64,000 bases of DNA, from NCBI GenBank assembly GCA_016776905.1, contig JADHSM010000001.1:180455-244454 (forward strand). Direction: 5' to 3'. Of the stretch, positions 26,589 to 35,815 are shown in pieces. Below the pieces are notes generated by a model. The model was not told the DNA's origin. It saw nothing but the letters and a program-made list of their open reading frames with translations, and ran no database searches. The position numbers were made by a program, and so were the translations under genes. Within the stretch, counting starts at the first letter, position 1. Each line of letters begins with the position of its first letter. Origin of the DNA: Planctomycetota bacterium. GTDB taxonomy: Bacteria > Planctomycetota > UBA8108 > UBA1146.

Positions 26589-28130
26589 TTATGAAGGAGT
26601 TCCGGTTTTTTCGTCAGTGAATGGGTTGTCGTTCATGTGATGCATATAGTTTTGGATTCTTAAAAGATGGAAGGCCAATTCCGTGATCTCGCTCGAATCG
26701 GTTCTCTCGATCTGAACCTGGGGGCAGGGAACTCCTGATGAGGTCACCAGTGCTGAAGTCACCAGTGCTGAAGTCACCAGTGCTGAAGTCACCAGTGCTG
26801 AAGTCACTCCAGGGGATCCGAGAATATTTCCGTCTCCGTCGACGAAAACCGGCCAGAAGCGTCGTAGATGCTTGGGAATCCCCAGTTGCCGTAGGCTCTC
26901 CTCCGTTCTGGTTTTCCTTCCCGGCCAGCGGTCTTCCGGCTTCAGTGGACGTAGAGTGACTTTAAAGTCAAAGGAGGCATGTTCAGAGGAGGCATGTTCA
27001 GAGGAGGCATGTTCAGAGGAGGCATGGAAAGTCCACTTCAGGCCTAGGTGCTGGAAGGGGCGATTCGGTTCTGGTGTGATCGCACGCCAAGCAGTGAGGT
27101 CTTGCTGGGGAATGGGTCCTAGGTGGATCCAGTGACCACAACGATGTGCCGTTCTTCCCGCCGGAAGGTCGAGGCGGGGTGATCGAGACTTTGAGGTTGC
27201 AAGCTGTTCAAGATGTTCTAAATGTTCTCTCGAGAGTTGGCCCTCATAGTCGGCAGCAATGATGAGAGCTTCTCTGATCACGTCTGAAATCTCTGGGCCT
27301 TGCAGATGGTCGAGTGAACCCGGTGGCAATGAGATGAATGGGCGCAGGCAATACGCCTGATCCAAACAGGTTTGCATACGGGTTTGTAGTGATTGCCACC
27401 GAAGGCGAGATTCCTGCGCTAACTGGTTGAGATGAACGAGGATTTCTGGATTTTCTTTTTCCAACTGGGGCAACAATTCGTGACGGAGTCTGTTTCTTCG
27501 ATGGTCCATAGAATCATTAGAGGAGTCGAAGATCCCTTTGGTATTTTCAGATTGGAGGAAACGCTCAATCTGATCTCGCGAACAGATGAGGAATGGCCTC
27601 AGAATTTTTATTTCTGACCCGGTCATATGTGTCACGGGATCCATGCCCCGAAGCCCCCGGAGTCCACACCCTCGAAGAATATTTCCAAGAACCGTCTCAG
27701 CCTGGTCGGAAGTGTGATGGCCTAACAGAACCCATTGGCAATCTCTGGCTTTGGCGACCTTCGCGAAATGCTCACGTCTTTTATGACGACAGAGAGTTTC
27801 CAAGGATGGTTGCCCTGGACCCAGTTGGCGATCCAGAGGTTCGTATACAACGTGGAGGGGGATTTCCCATTGGCGGCAGATGAGCAGGCAATGTCGTGCG
27901 TCTCTATCCGCTTCTTCTCCGCGAAGCCCATGGTGCATGTGGAATGCTTCCACTTGGACCTTTCTCTTCGAACGTTTGGCCCATTGTGCCGTTGCGATCA
28001 ATAGAGCGACAGAATCGACTCCTCCGGAAAGAGAGATCAAGAGTCGAGGATCCTCGGGCTGGATTTCAGCATCAATTTCCTGATCGAGAAGTCTTGCGAT
28101 CGCCTCGGGGATGGTGGGCAAGCTGCTCAT
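26589..28130 (-). CDS. tilS: tRNA(Ile)-lysidine synthetase TilS
   Basis: PP-loop SLSGGVDSVALL near the N-terminus and TilS-like architecture. Contains two in-frame 15-bp tandem repeats that encode (VTSAL)4-5 and (SSEHA)3. Confidence 0.8.
   Translation of the reverse strand: MSSLPTIPEAIARLLDQEIDAEIQPEDPRLLISLSGGVDSVALLIATAQWAKRSKRKVQVEAFHMHHGLRGEEADRDARHCLLICRQWEIPLHVVYEPLDRQLGPGQPSLETLCRHKRREHFAKVAKARDCQWVLLGHHTSDQAETVLGNILRGCGLRGLRGMDPVTHMTGSEIKILRPFLICSRDQIERFLQSENTKGIFDSSNDSMDHRRNRLRHELLPQLEKENPEILVHLNQLAQESRLRWQSLQTRMQTCLDQAYCLRPFISLPPGSLDHLQGPEISDVIREALIIAADYEGQLSREHLEHLEQLATSKSRSPRLDLPAGRTAHRCGHWIHLGPIPQQDLTAWRAITPEPNRPFQHLGLKWTFHASSEHASSEHASSEHASFDFKVTLRPLKPEDRWPGRKTRTEESLRQLGIPKHLRRFWPVFVDGDGNILGSPGVTSALVTSALVTSALVTSALVTSSGVPCPQVQIERTDSSEITELAFHLLRIQNYMHHMNDNPFTDEKTGTPS
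26743..26811. repeat. 15-bp tandem repeat (gtcaccagtgctgaa x 4.5) inside tilS
   Basis: Directly visible. On the minus coding strand it encodes VTSAL repeats. Confidence 0.9.
26972..27026. repeat. 15-bp tandem repeat (aggaggcatgttcag x 3.5) inside tilS
   Basis: Directly visible. On the minus coding strand it encodes SSEHA repeats. Confidence 0.9.
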
Positions 28131-28993
28131 TCGAGGCTCTGTACTCGAAGTTGGATCTTGAGGGGAGTCTCGACGCCTTCAGGGGCACTCGTCATGGGGT
28201 TCAAATTTGCGATGGCGTCACGAATGGCGAAAGCATCGATCTGGACGCCGGGTGCAGGTTTGAGTGCTAGGTCATAGATCCAGCCATCGGAGTCAATCCA
28301 AAATGAGATCAGAAATTGACCGTCGCCTTCGGCATCTGTAATGGAGGTGCCATTCCCTAGCAGTGTTGCCAAGCTGGTTCGAATCGGTTCACGAACTTCA
28401 AGGATGAGCCATCGATCTCGCTCTTTATCAGAGGAAACTTTCTCAATGGTGTCGTCGAGCAAAGATTGGATTCGGGTGATTTCTTCTTCTGTTGAAGAAA
28501 GTTTATCCAAGGGTGGGCTATCCAGATTTTGAGGAGCCACTGGTTGGGGAGAAGCTTGAGGAGGTAGAAAGTCTTCAGCCTCTAGAGGAGGCTCTAGTTC
28601 TTCCTGTGGAATCTCGGCTTCTTCTTCGGGCTCTGCCATTACGGGAGAGACCTCTTCAGCGGGGATCATTTCCGTTGGAGGAGGGGTTGGAGGTGGCGTC
28701 GAAAAAGCGACCGCTATACGAACGGAATTGGGCGGAAGAGTTTCGCTGGCCCCGGGAACCGGGACGAGGAAGAAAATACTCAAATGCATGAGACTGGAAA
28801 TCAGAGCAGCGCTCTTTATCCATGCATCTCCCTGATCATTCTGCATATTGTCCTGTGGGGTACTCAGGAAAGAAAATCGAGATCGGAGAGGCTTCACGAA
28901 TGCGCTGGAGCGGGTCACCGTAAGGTTCCAAAGACGGGAGATACCCTTCAGCCATGAGAATAGATTCTGGCGATCAGGCATCTTGGTCTTCAC
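28127..28993 (-). CDS. TonB-like protein (transmembrane anchor, Pro/Glu-rich spacer, C-terminal domain)
   Basis: Transmembrane helix (LISSLMHLSIFFLVPVP), then a proline-rich segment (PPPTPPPTEMIPAEE...PQASPQPVAPQ), then a roughly 100-aa C-terminal domain. Overlaps the tilS start by 4 nt (operon). Confidence 0.4.
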   Translation of the reverse strand: MKTKMPDRQNLFSWLKGISRLWNLTVTRSSAFVKPLRSRFSFLSTPQDNMQNDQGDAWIKSAALISSLMHLSIFFLVPVPGASETLPPNSVRIAVAFSTPPPTPPPTEMIPAEEVSPVMAEPEEEAEIPQEELEPPLEAEDFLPPQASPQPVAPQNLDSPPLDKLSSTEEEITRIQSLLDDTIEKVSSDKERDRWLILEVREPIRTSLATLLGNGTSITDAEGDGQFLISFWIDSDGWIYDLALKPAPGVQIDAFAIRDAIANLNPMTSAPEGVETPLKIQLRVQSLE

Positions 28994-30675
28994 TCCCTTC
29001 GGGTTTGTAAATCTCCGATCCAGCGTTGCTGGAGTTGGTGCAAGGTATCGATCTCTGTGGTGCTCCTCAAGAAGGGCTCCAAACCTTCATCACGAATTTG
29101 TTGAAGATAGAGAGGAAGCAGGGCTGTCGGCGTCGTTCCTAGGAGGTGATCCACGAGTGATCCACAAGCGGCCCTGAGGAGCTCATTTTCGAAGCAGGTA
29201 TCTTTTTCGAGTAAGGACTGCACCGAGGGGAGATGTCCCTTCCTGAGTGCGTCTTCGAGCAACCAGAGATCCCTAGAGCGCGCTAAGGGGCCTCTCGACA
29301 TCGAACACAGACCCTCTTCTAACCAAGGGGGGCACCGAGGGACTCCCAATAAGGAATCGATGAGGCTTCTGAACAGTTCTCTCGGAATCCCGTTCTGGTC
29401 GATAAAAGGTTCGGAGGGGACGACATGGAGCACAGATTTCTGAAAAGATCCATATTCCTGAACGGTTTCCAGCCTTGCTGGACCACAGGAAGATCCCAAG
29501 TGAGTCTCCAATTCCTCGAGGGAGGAATATTCTAGAATCTCAGGGATTGCGGGGGGGCGGCCGGGGAATCCAAATTTGGACCAGAAGTGATCGAGCCATT
29601 GACGGCAAAGGACATCTATTCCCTCTATTGGGACATGTTGTCCATGCAACTCAAGCCACGCTTTTGATCGGAGCTGAGATTTTATTTGAGTGACGTCGAT
29701 CTCTGCGCCCACAAGGTTTTGAACCGATTCCAAATGCATTCTCATGTCGAGTGGAGAATTGATCTTCGAAGCCCGATTCGCCAATGCCAGATGAAGAGCC
29801 GGTGAGAGTGGCGAAATCGTGAGCGCATCTTCCATAGATATTCCGTGACCCATAGTCGAAGCATAAACGAGGGCATGTCGCACTTTTTCCCACTGTCCTG
29901 GATCTCTTGTGATCAATTGATTTATTCTCTGGGAGAGGAGTGGGTAATCCTCAGAAGACATCGCCTCTGTTGCAGAGATGAGAGTTTGTTCACGGATGGT
30001 CGAACTCCATAAGCTTTCTTCAGTGGGAAACTCTTCCAGAAGAATGTGGATGGCTTCGAGAGCATGATTGGGTTGGCACATCTCCACAGCTTGATAGATG
30101 TTGAATTCCAAATCACGCAATCGATCTTTTTTCTGAATGACCAATGCTCTGAGTTCTTCAAAATCGGGGTGCTGACCCGGTAGGGCACACAGTTCTGTCC
30201 AGAGGGGGAGCGCTTCTCCAGGTGCCTTTTCGTGAATGATTCTCCGTGTTTCTCCGACGAGACAATTGCGATACAGAACAAGAAGTTCCTGATCACCGGG
30301 TTGTCGACGATATTCACGTCTCAAGTAGGGGAGAGCGGAACCTGGAAATCCGCCTTCTAGTCTTCGTTGGCACTCTGCCAGCATCGAATCGCGTGCCGGA
30401 ATTCTGACCAAATGATCGATGAGGGATCTCCTCAACGTCAACTTTCCTTCTGGGACCTCCAGAATGAGTTGTTGAGAATCGAGAGAGAGAATCTTTCCGG
30501 TCAACTGATGACCATTTTTGAGCCACACCTCGTCTCCATAGAGAACCCCTCCTGAAGCCAACAGAGCCAATATGAGGCCCATGCAGACTCTGATGAGGGA
30601 GTCAGACGGAAAAGCGGTCCACACCCATGAAAGGGGGACTCTTTTGCGGGAGGAGTTGACGCAGGGAGTCAGCAC
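28990..30675 (-). CDS. Hypothetical secreted protein with an N-terminal 'LKNGH' module
   Basis: Signal peptide (MGLILALLASGGVLYG; possible start at 30582), then DEVWLKNGHQLTGKILSLDSQQLILEV. The remainder is alpha-helical with no recognisable motif. 4-nt overlap with the downstream TonB-like gene. Confidence 0.4.
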   Translation of the reverse strand: MLTPCVNSSRKRVPLSWVWTAFPSDSLIRVCMGLILALLASGGVLYGDEVWLKNGHQLTGKILSLDSQQLILEVPEGKLTLRRSLIDHLVRIPARDSMLAECQRRLEGGFPGSALPYLRREYRRQPGDQELLVLYRNCLVGETRRIIHEKAPGEALPLWTELCALPGQHPDFEELRALVIQKKDRLRDLEFNIYQAVEMCQPNHALEAIHILLEEFPTEESLWSSTIREQTLISATEAMSSEDYPLLSQRINQLITRDPGQWEKVRHALVYASTMGHGISMEDALTISPLSPALHLALANRASKINSPLDMRMHLESVQNLVGAEIDVTQIKSQLRSKAWLELHGQHVPIEGIDVLCRQWLDHFWSKFGFPGRPPAIPEILEYSSLEELETHLGSSCGPARLETVQEYGSFQKSVLHVVPSEPFIDQNGIPRELFRSLIDSLLGVPRCPPWLEEGLCSMSRGPLARSRDLWLLEDALRKGHLPSVQSLLEKDTCFENELLRAACGSLVDHLLGTTPTALLPLYLQQIRDEGLEPFLRSTTEIDTLHQLQQRWIGDLQTRRE

Positions 30676-30807
30676 CAGTGATGATCCTTTCTTCGGGGAA
30701 TGCCCCGAGTCGTCTCTTCAGAGAGGCGACATCGTTGTATCGGCATCGTTTATCCCGATCTGTAGTAAATTTCGGGAGATTGAGGGATCTGAGAGTGAGG
30801 AATTTCG

Positions 30808-32226
30808 GTGTCTGAAGAGCTCTACATCGACCCCGTGGCCCAAAGATATGCATCCACGGAAATGCAAAAGTTGTTTTCCCCCCTAGAGAGAGCACGAACT
30901 TGGCGGGATGTCTGGATTGCACTCGCAAGGGTGGAACAGAGAGCAGGTCTGCCTGTTACCACCGAACAGGTCCAAGCGCTCGAAAATGCCAGAGATCAAA
31001 TCGATCTAAAAAGTGTCGCTCGCATTGAAAAAGAAACCCGGCATGACGTGATGGCTCATATCCATCATTATGGAGAAATGGCGCCAGAGGCTGCCGGAAT
31101 TATTCATCTGGGAGTCACTTCATGCTTCGTTACTGATAATGCAGATCTGATTCTCTTTAGGAAAGCGATGGAACTGACGGAAGATCGTCTTCTCAGAGCG
31201 ATTCATTCGCTCGCTGATTTTTGTCGTAATTTCGCAGATGCTCCAACGTTGGGATTGACCCATCTTCAACCCGCACAGTTAACCACCGTCGGGAAGAGAG
31301 CTTCGCTTTGGCTTCAGGATATGGTGGACGCATACAGAGACATCGTGGATCTCCGTACTCGATTACCATTGAGGGGACTCAAGGGAACGACAGGAACTCA
31401 AGCTACATTTTTACACCTCTGTGGTGGCGATGGAGACAAGGTCGACCATCTCGAAAATGATCTGGCAAATGAACTTGGATTTGAAAAAGTCTTCGATCTT
31501 TGTGGACAGACATATCCTCGTTCATGGGATCACAGACTTTCGAGTCGTCTCGCGGATGTCGCCATAGCGATCCACAAGGCGGCAACAGATATTCGACTTC
31601 TCCAGTCATGGGGTGAAGTTGAAGAGCCTTACGAAAGCACTCAAGTCGGTTCGTCTGCGATGCCTTACAAAAGAAATCCGATGAGATCAGAGAGGCTTTG
31701 TTCACTCTGTCGACATGTCATGACTTTGGCTCCTGGATTGGGACAGCTGGCTGCCAATCAATGGATGGAGAGAACTCTCGACGATAGTGCGCAAAGAAGG
31801 GTACAGATTCCTGGTTTGTTCCTCGCACTGGATGCGATTCTGTTGATTTCCAGAAATGTCTTTTCGGGACTTGTTGTTCATGAAGATATTCGGAAGAAAC
31901 GAATCGATGAACATCTACCATTCATGGCAGCAGAAGAATTATTGATGGAAGGCGTCTCCAGAGGTGGAGATCGTCAACAATTACATGAGCAAATCCGTAC
32001 TCATGCCTGGGCGGCTCGTGAAGCAGTCGTTCGAGGCGAATCTAATCCCCTTCGGAAACTGATCGAGGGAGATGAAATCTTGGCTCCGGTCGCTGCGGCC
32101 TTGCCATCATGGGACGCCCAACGATTCACGGGAAGAGCGGCTGAGCAAACCACCCGTTATCTGGATCAAGTCATCAGTCAACTTCCTCAACCCCGTGAGG
32201 ATCACCTCACGGATCTTAAAGTTTAG
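30808..32226 (+). CDS. purB: Adenylosuccinate lyase PurB
   Basis: Fumarate-lyase signature GSSAMPYKRNP. N-terminus QRYASTEMQKLFSP..W matches the Bacillus-type PurB. GTG start at 30808. Confidence 0.85.
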   Translation: MSEELYIDPVAQRYASTEMQKLFSPLERARTWRDVWIALARVEQRAGLPVTTEQVQALENARDQIDLKSVARIEKETRHDVMAHIHHYGEMAPEAAGIIHLGVTSCFVTDNADLILFRKAMELTEDRLLRAIHSLADFCRNFADAPTLGLTHLQPAQLTTVGKRASLWLQDMVDAYRDIVDLRTRLPLRGLKGTTGTQATFLHLCGGDGDKVDHLENDLANELGFEKVFDLCGQTYPRSWDHRLSSRLADVAIAIHKAATDIRLLQSWGEVEEPYESTQVGSSAMPYKRNPMRSERLCSLCRHVMTLAPGLGQLAANQWMERTLDDSAQRRVQIPGLFLALDAILLISRNVFSGLVVHEDIRKKRIDEHLPFMAAEELLMEGVSRGGDRQQLHEQIRTHAWAAREAVVRGESNPLRKLIEGDEILAPVAAALPSWDAQRFTGRAAEQTTRYLDQVISQLPQPREDHLTDLKV

Positions 32227-32233
32227 GACAAGG

Positions 32234-33154
32234 ATGCGGGGGCAGGTTATTTTTCGATCGAGTCGCGAAGTGAAAGTGATCAGCGAGGGGCAGGTCTTTC
32301 GGTGTGATCTTGCGGGACGATTGAGAAAAGAGGGTAAGAACCCGGTGGTTGTTGGAGACTGGGTCGAGTTCGAGAGAAATGAGAACGCAGATAGAAATTC
32401 CGATGGCCGAGTACTCTCCGTTGAGGAGAGAAAGGTCTGGCTCTCTCGACGGAGAGACGTCGGTAGGGCTCGTGAACTGATTCTTGCTGCGAATGTTGAT
32501 CAAGTCGCAGGAGTGTTTTCTGTACAAAAACCAAATATCAAATTTGGAGCTCTTGATCGTCTTTTGATGGCGAGTGCATGCATGGGCTTACCCGCAATCG
32601 TAGTCATCAATAAAGTCGACCTAGGAATCCCTGATGAAGTCGAAGATCGTCTCCGGGTTTATCCCACTCTGGGCTATCAGCTCATACGCACTTCGGCTGA
32701 GACAGGGGAAGGACTTGATGATCTTGAGGAGAATCTACGAGGGAAAGCCACTGTTCTCTCTGGACCGAGTGGAGCTGGAAAGTCATCTCTGATTTCTAAA
32801 GTGCTCGGTATCGATCTCAAGACACAAGAAGTGAGTGATCATAACGATAAGGGACGGCACACAACGACTGCCGTGACCTGGCATCCTGGAGAAGAAGAGG
32901 GATCTGCCATCGTTGATACTCCGGGATTCAGGGACTGGGCTCTGTGGGGATTAGAACCCAGAGAACTGAGCCATTGGATGCCGGATTTGGCCGCACATGT
33001 TGGAGATTGTCGATTCAATGATTGTATGCATTTGAAGGAACCGGGTTGTGCTGTACTTGGCGCAGTCGAATCGGGTGAAATCGAGGCTAGGCGCTACCGC
33101 TCATATGTCGGTATTCTGGAATCGGTGATTGAAAGACAGGATCGAGATCGTTGA
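32234..33154 (+). CDS. rsgA: Ribosome small-subunit-dependent GTPase A (RsgA/YjeQ)
   Basis: OB-fold N-terminus. GTPase motifs (VINKVDL, GPSGAGKSSLI, DTPGF). Zinc-finger C-terminus (CRFNDCMHLKEPGCAV). ATG 32234 inside the longer track ORF. Confidence 0.85.
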   Translation: MRGQVIFRSSREVKVISEGQVFRCDLAGRLRKEGKNPVVVGDWVEFERNENADRNSDGRVLSVEERKVWLSRRRDVGRARELILAANVDQVAGVFSVQKPNIKFGALDRLLMASACMGLPAIVVINKVDLGIPDEVEDRLRVYPTLGYQLIRTSAETGEGLDDLEENLRGKATVLSGPSGAGKSSLISKVLGIDLKTQEVSDHNDKGRHTTTAVTWHPGEEEGSAIVDTPGFRDWALWGLEPRELSHWMPDLAAHVGDCRFNDCMHLKEPGCAVLGAVESGEIEARRYRSYVGILESVIERQDRDR

Positions 33155-33220
33155 AAATACGAGGGATTCCTTGGTTTTCTTCGTCCTCTTTTATAGAGAG
33201 AATCAGATTTCAGGAGGCTC

Positions 33221-33808
33221 TTGGATATTCTTGATCCAAATGAACTAATCTCTCTCGTCAAGGAAGCCCGGCTGGGCAACCGAAATGCGTTCCACCGACT
33301 CGTGACATATCATCAGAGAGTCGCAGGGGGGGTGGCATACGGAATACTGGGCGACATACACCTTTCGGCAGATGCTGTTCAAGAAGCCTTCGTTAAAGCT
33401 TGGCAAAGTATAAGTATGCTGAAAGAAGACGAACGATTCAGTGCTTGGTTTCTCTCGATCGTTCGAAGCAAGGCTCTGGATCTGTTGCGTCAGAGGAAAA
33501 GAAAAGCTCCGGAATACGCCCAAGTCGACTCTGAAAGAGATGTCAGTCCCGATCTCGGTCCTCTTGAGAAATTGGAAAGTTCGGAAAAGGCCCAAAGGAT
33601 CAGGAAGTTGATCGAGGGTTTACCTCCTGAATATAGGGAGATTTTATTGCTCAAGCATCAACTGGATAAATCCTATCTCGAGATCGCTCGTATTCTTGGT
33701 TCGACCCCAAAAGCAGTGGAGTCAAAGTTAGCCAGAGCCAGGAAGTTGTTGGCAGAACGATGGAATCTTCAGGAAGATAATTCCAAGAGAGGTGGCGAAA
33801 ATGCATGA
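33221..33808 (+). CDS. ECF-family RNA polymerase sigma-70 factor
   Basis: Region 2 (LVKEARLGNRNAFHRLVTYHQ...AWF) and region 4 HTH (YREILLLKHQLDKSYLEIARILGSTPKAVESKLARARKLL). AGGAGG upstream. TTG start. Confidence 0.8.
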   Translation: MDILDPNELISLVKEARLGNRNAFHRLVTYHQRVAGGVAYGILGDIHLSADAVQEAFVKAWQSISMLKEDERFSAWFLSIVRSKALDLLRQRKRKAPEYAQVDSERDVSPDLGPLEKLESSEKAQRIRKLIEGLPPEYREILLLKHQLDKSYLEIARILGSTPKAVESKLARARKLLAERWNLQEDNSKRGGENA

Positions 33809-34841
33809 CCGGTCATGTGAAACAGTCAGGGATCTGATCTCCCTTGAAATGGATGGGGAGATTTCTGCTGATCAGCAGCAGTTTTTGGAGTCTCACCTCG
33901 ATACCTGTTCTGATTGTCGTCAATGGTCTGCGTCGCTTCACGATGGAGTTCACTCATTGAAATCCGATGTCGGTGAATTGAGTGGAGAACTCGATTCTCT
34001 GATTCGTGATTCACTCAATGCTGAAGATCTATTGGGGGCTGACTCTGATCTTCAAAGAAATCAGGCGTCAGAGAAGGCGGCTCCAGTATTAGCTCTCAGT
34101 GCATTTGCCATATTAGTATTGATCGCTGTGACTTCGACTCTGTTGTTTGATTTTGGTAGTCCCAACGGAACTCCTGTCGGAGTCGTCAGTGGATTTGGAG
34201 AAATCACGAGAGCGGATGGATTGCTGATCGAATCCAATGGTGTTGATTTCAACGGAACTATGAAGCTCATGCGTGGGGATACCATCGTTGCTACAGAAGG
34301 TGGTGTACGTGTTCGCGAGTTTTTGGGAGAGATCGTTGATTTAGATGAAGGAACCATTCTTCGGTATCAAAGCCCTCGATTTTTCGAGGTTGTGCAGGGT
34401 AAGGCCGAATTTTCTGTTCCTTCAGGAGGCTCTCGTTTTGTTGTGAAGACTCCGGAACTCTCAGTAGAAGTTGTAGGGACAAAATTCAGTGTGCAGCGTT
34501 GGAGTTCAAAGCAACAAAGTGAAGTGCGAGTTCAAGAGGGGCAAGTCATGATTCAGTGGGGGAAACGAATCCCGTTGCCCGTCGTCGATGGAGAATGGGT
34601 TGAGGTCAATTCCTCGGGCTTCATGTTTCATTCTGTCCCAAGATCTATTGAGCGCGATGACCAAGAGAATATTCAAAGGCCGGCCGCAAGAATCGGGAAA
34701 CCCATAAAGTTGTTTGATGAGGAATCTCAAAAGACTCCAAGGCAACTCAGACGTGAAAAAGGAAGAGCTCTAGATCTTCCTTCGGGAGCCTTTAAAGGTA
34801 GCTCTGAAGACGAAGAAGAGGACACCGACGAGAACGAATGA
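33801..34841 (+). CDS. Putative zinc-finger anti-sigma factor (bitopic, periplasmic FecR-like domain)
   Basis: N-terminal HxxxCxxC-type motif (LESHLDTCSDCRQW) and a central transmembrane helix (VLALSAFAILVLIAVTSTLLF). 8-nt overlap with the ECF sigma gene. Confidence 0.55.
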   Translation: MHDRSCETVRDLISLEMDGEISADQQQFLESHLDTCSDCRQWSASLHDGVHSLKSDVGELSGELDSLIRDSLNAEDLLGADSDLQRNQASEKAAPVLALSAFAILVLIAVTSTLLFDFGSPNGTPVGVVSGFGEITRADGLLIESNGVDFNGTMKLMRGDTIVATEGGVRVREFLGEIVDLDEGTILRYQSPRFFEVVQGKAEFSVPSGGSRFVVKTPELSVEVVGTKFSVQRWSSKQQSEVRVQEGQVMIQWGKRIPLPVVDGEWVEVNSSGFMFHSVPRSIERDDQENIQRPAARIGKPIKLFDEESQKTPRQLRREKGRALDLPSGAFKGSSEDEEEDTDENE

Positions 34842-34885
34842 TCGACCCTGCTCGTTCATATTGAGTGGGTCGAAGGTGAGTGCGC

Positions 34886-35815
34886 TTATCGCTGGGTCTC
34901 GATGTGCAATCCGAAAACCCGACCATCGATCATTCGCACGGACTTGTCTTTGTAGGACCAATCTTCCAGTAAATGATTTTCAAAGCGAATCCATTCCACA
35001 TCTCTGGGATCTCCCCATGCAAGACGAACTTGCTTACGACGGGTTCCCTGCCTGATATCTGAACTATTAGGTTCTCGTCTCGATACATTGATCAACTGGG
35101 CAAGATCGGCATGAGCTAACTTTGACAGTTCTACTCGGGCGATGGGAAGAATATTGTCGCCGACTCTCATCAGCCCCGAAAATTCCAAGAAGTCTTGTTC
35201 AGATATCCATTGCTGGCCATAGGGGTAGAGATCTGATTTCAGAGCCATTTTCGCCAGTCCGAATTTATCAATAGTTTCTTTCAGGACTGTTTTTCCGGAA
35301 AAGAAATTTGATCCTAATTTGAGCCAAGCCAGCTTGGCGACATGATCTTCAGGCTGAAATGAAATCCATAGTTTTGGCTGGTCTTGAACCGGGCTTTCCC
35401 TGAGAAGGAATTTTTCGAGGAGATGTGTCAGTGAGGAATCGTCGCTCTTTAAAATCGAATTTCTGCGTTCTTGAACCGCTTCTAAGACAAGAGCGCTTTT
35501 CAGCAGGCCGTGGAAATGGAATATTGTCCAACCGCTCTCTGATTTTCTGAGATCGAGTTCTAAAAATGGAGAATCCAGATTTCTATCCAAAAGAGGCAAG
35601 GTCACTTGATCCAGGATTCCCAAAGATTCGGAATGCCCAGAGATCTCAATCTGTTGTCCGACTCTGTCTTGGAGACGGGCATGGATTTTGACAACGTTCG
35701 AGGTGGTCAAATGGAGCTCATCTGGAGTCAGTGTGGATTGTGGAGTTGCCGCAATGAGTGATCCCAAAATGAGAAAAATACTAGAAATCATTTTACTTGC
35801 TCCTCGATGTCGCAA
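34886..35815 (-). CDS. Hypothetical secreted protein
   Basis: Signal peptide MISSIFLILGSLIAA. Overlaps the 3' end of the upstream DUF4388 gene (operon on the minus strand). Confidence 0.35.
   Translation of the reverse strand: MRHRGASKMISSIFLILGSLIAATPQSTLTPDELHLTTSNVVKIHARLQDRVGQQIEISGHSESLGILDQVTLPLLDRNLDSPFLELDLRKSESGWTIFHFHGLLKSALVLEAVQERRNSILKSDDSSLTHLLEKFLLRESPVQDQPKLWISFQPEDHVAKLAWLKLGSNFFSGKTVLKETIDKFGLAKMALKSDLYPYGQQWISEQDFLEFSGLMRVGDNILPIARVELSKLAHADLAQLINVSRREPNSSDIRQGTRRKQVRLAWGDPRDVEWIRFENHLLEDWSYKDKSVRMIDGRVFGLHIETQR

Noticed and set aside
26738-27135. Plus-strand ORFs 26738-26959 and 26872-27135 (PVLKSPVLKS; EACSEEACSE)
   Set aside because: They are antisense artefacts of the two 15-bp repeats inside tilS (minus strand).
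32072-32233. 5' extension of the rsgA ORF overlapping purB. Similar in-frame upstream extensions occur for murG (9089), grpE (21640), the multi-PDZ gene (47410), pilT (52367) and the histone-like gene (42801).
   Set aside because: The extensions overlap the upstream gene in another frame, lack ribosome-binding sites, and precede the conserved N-termini. Internal ATGs with ribosome-binding sites or ATGA overlaps give canonical protein starts.
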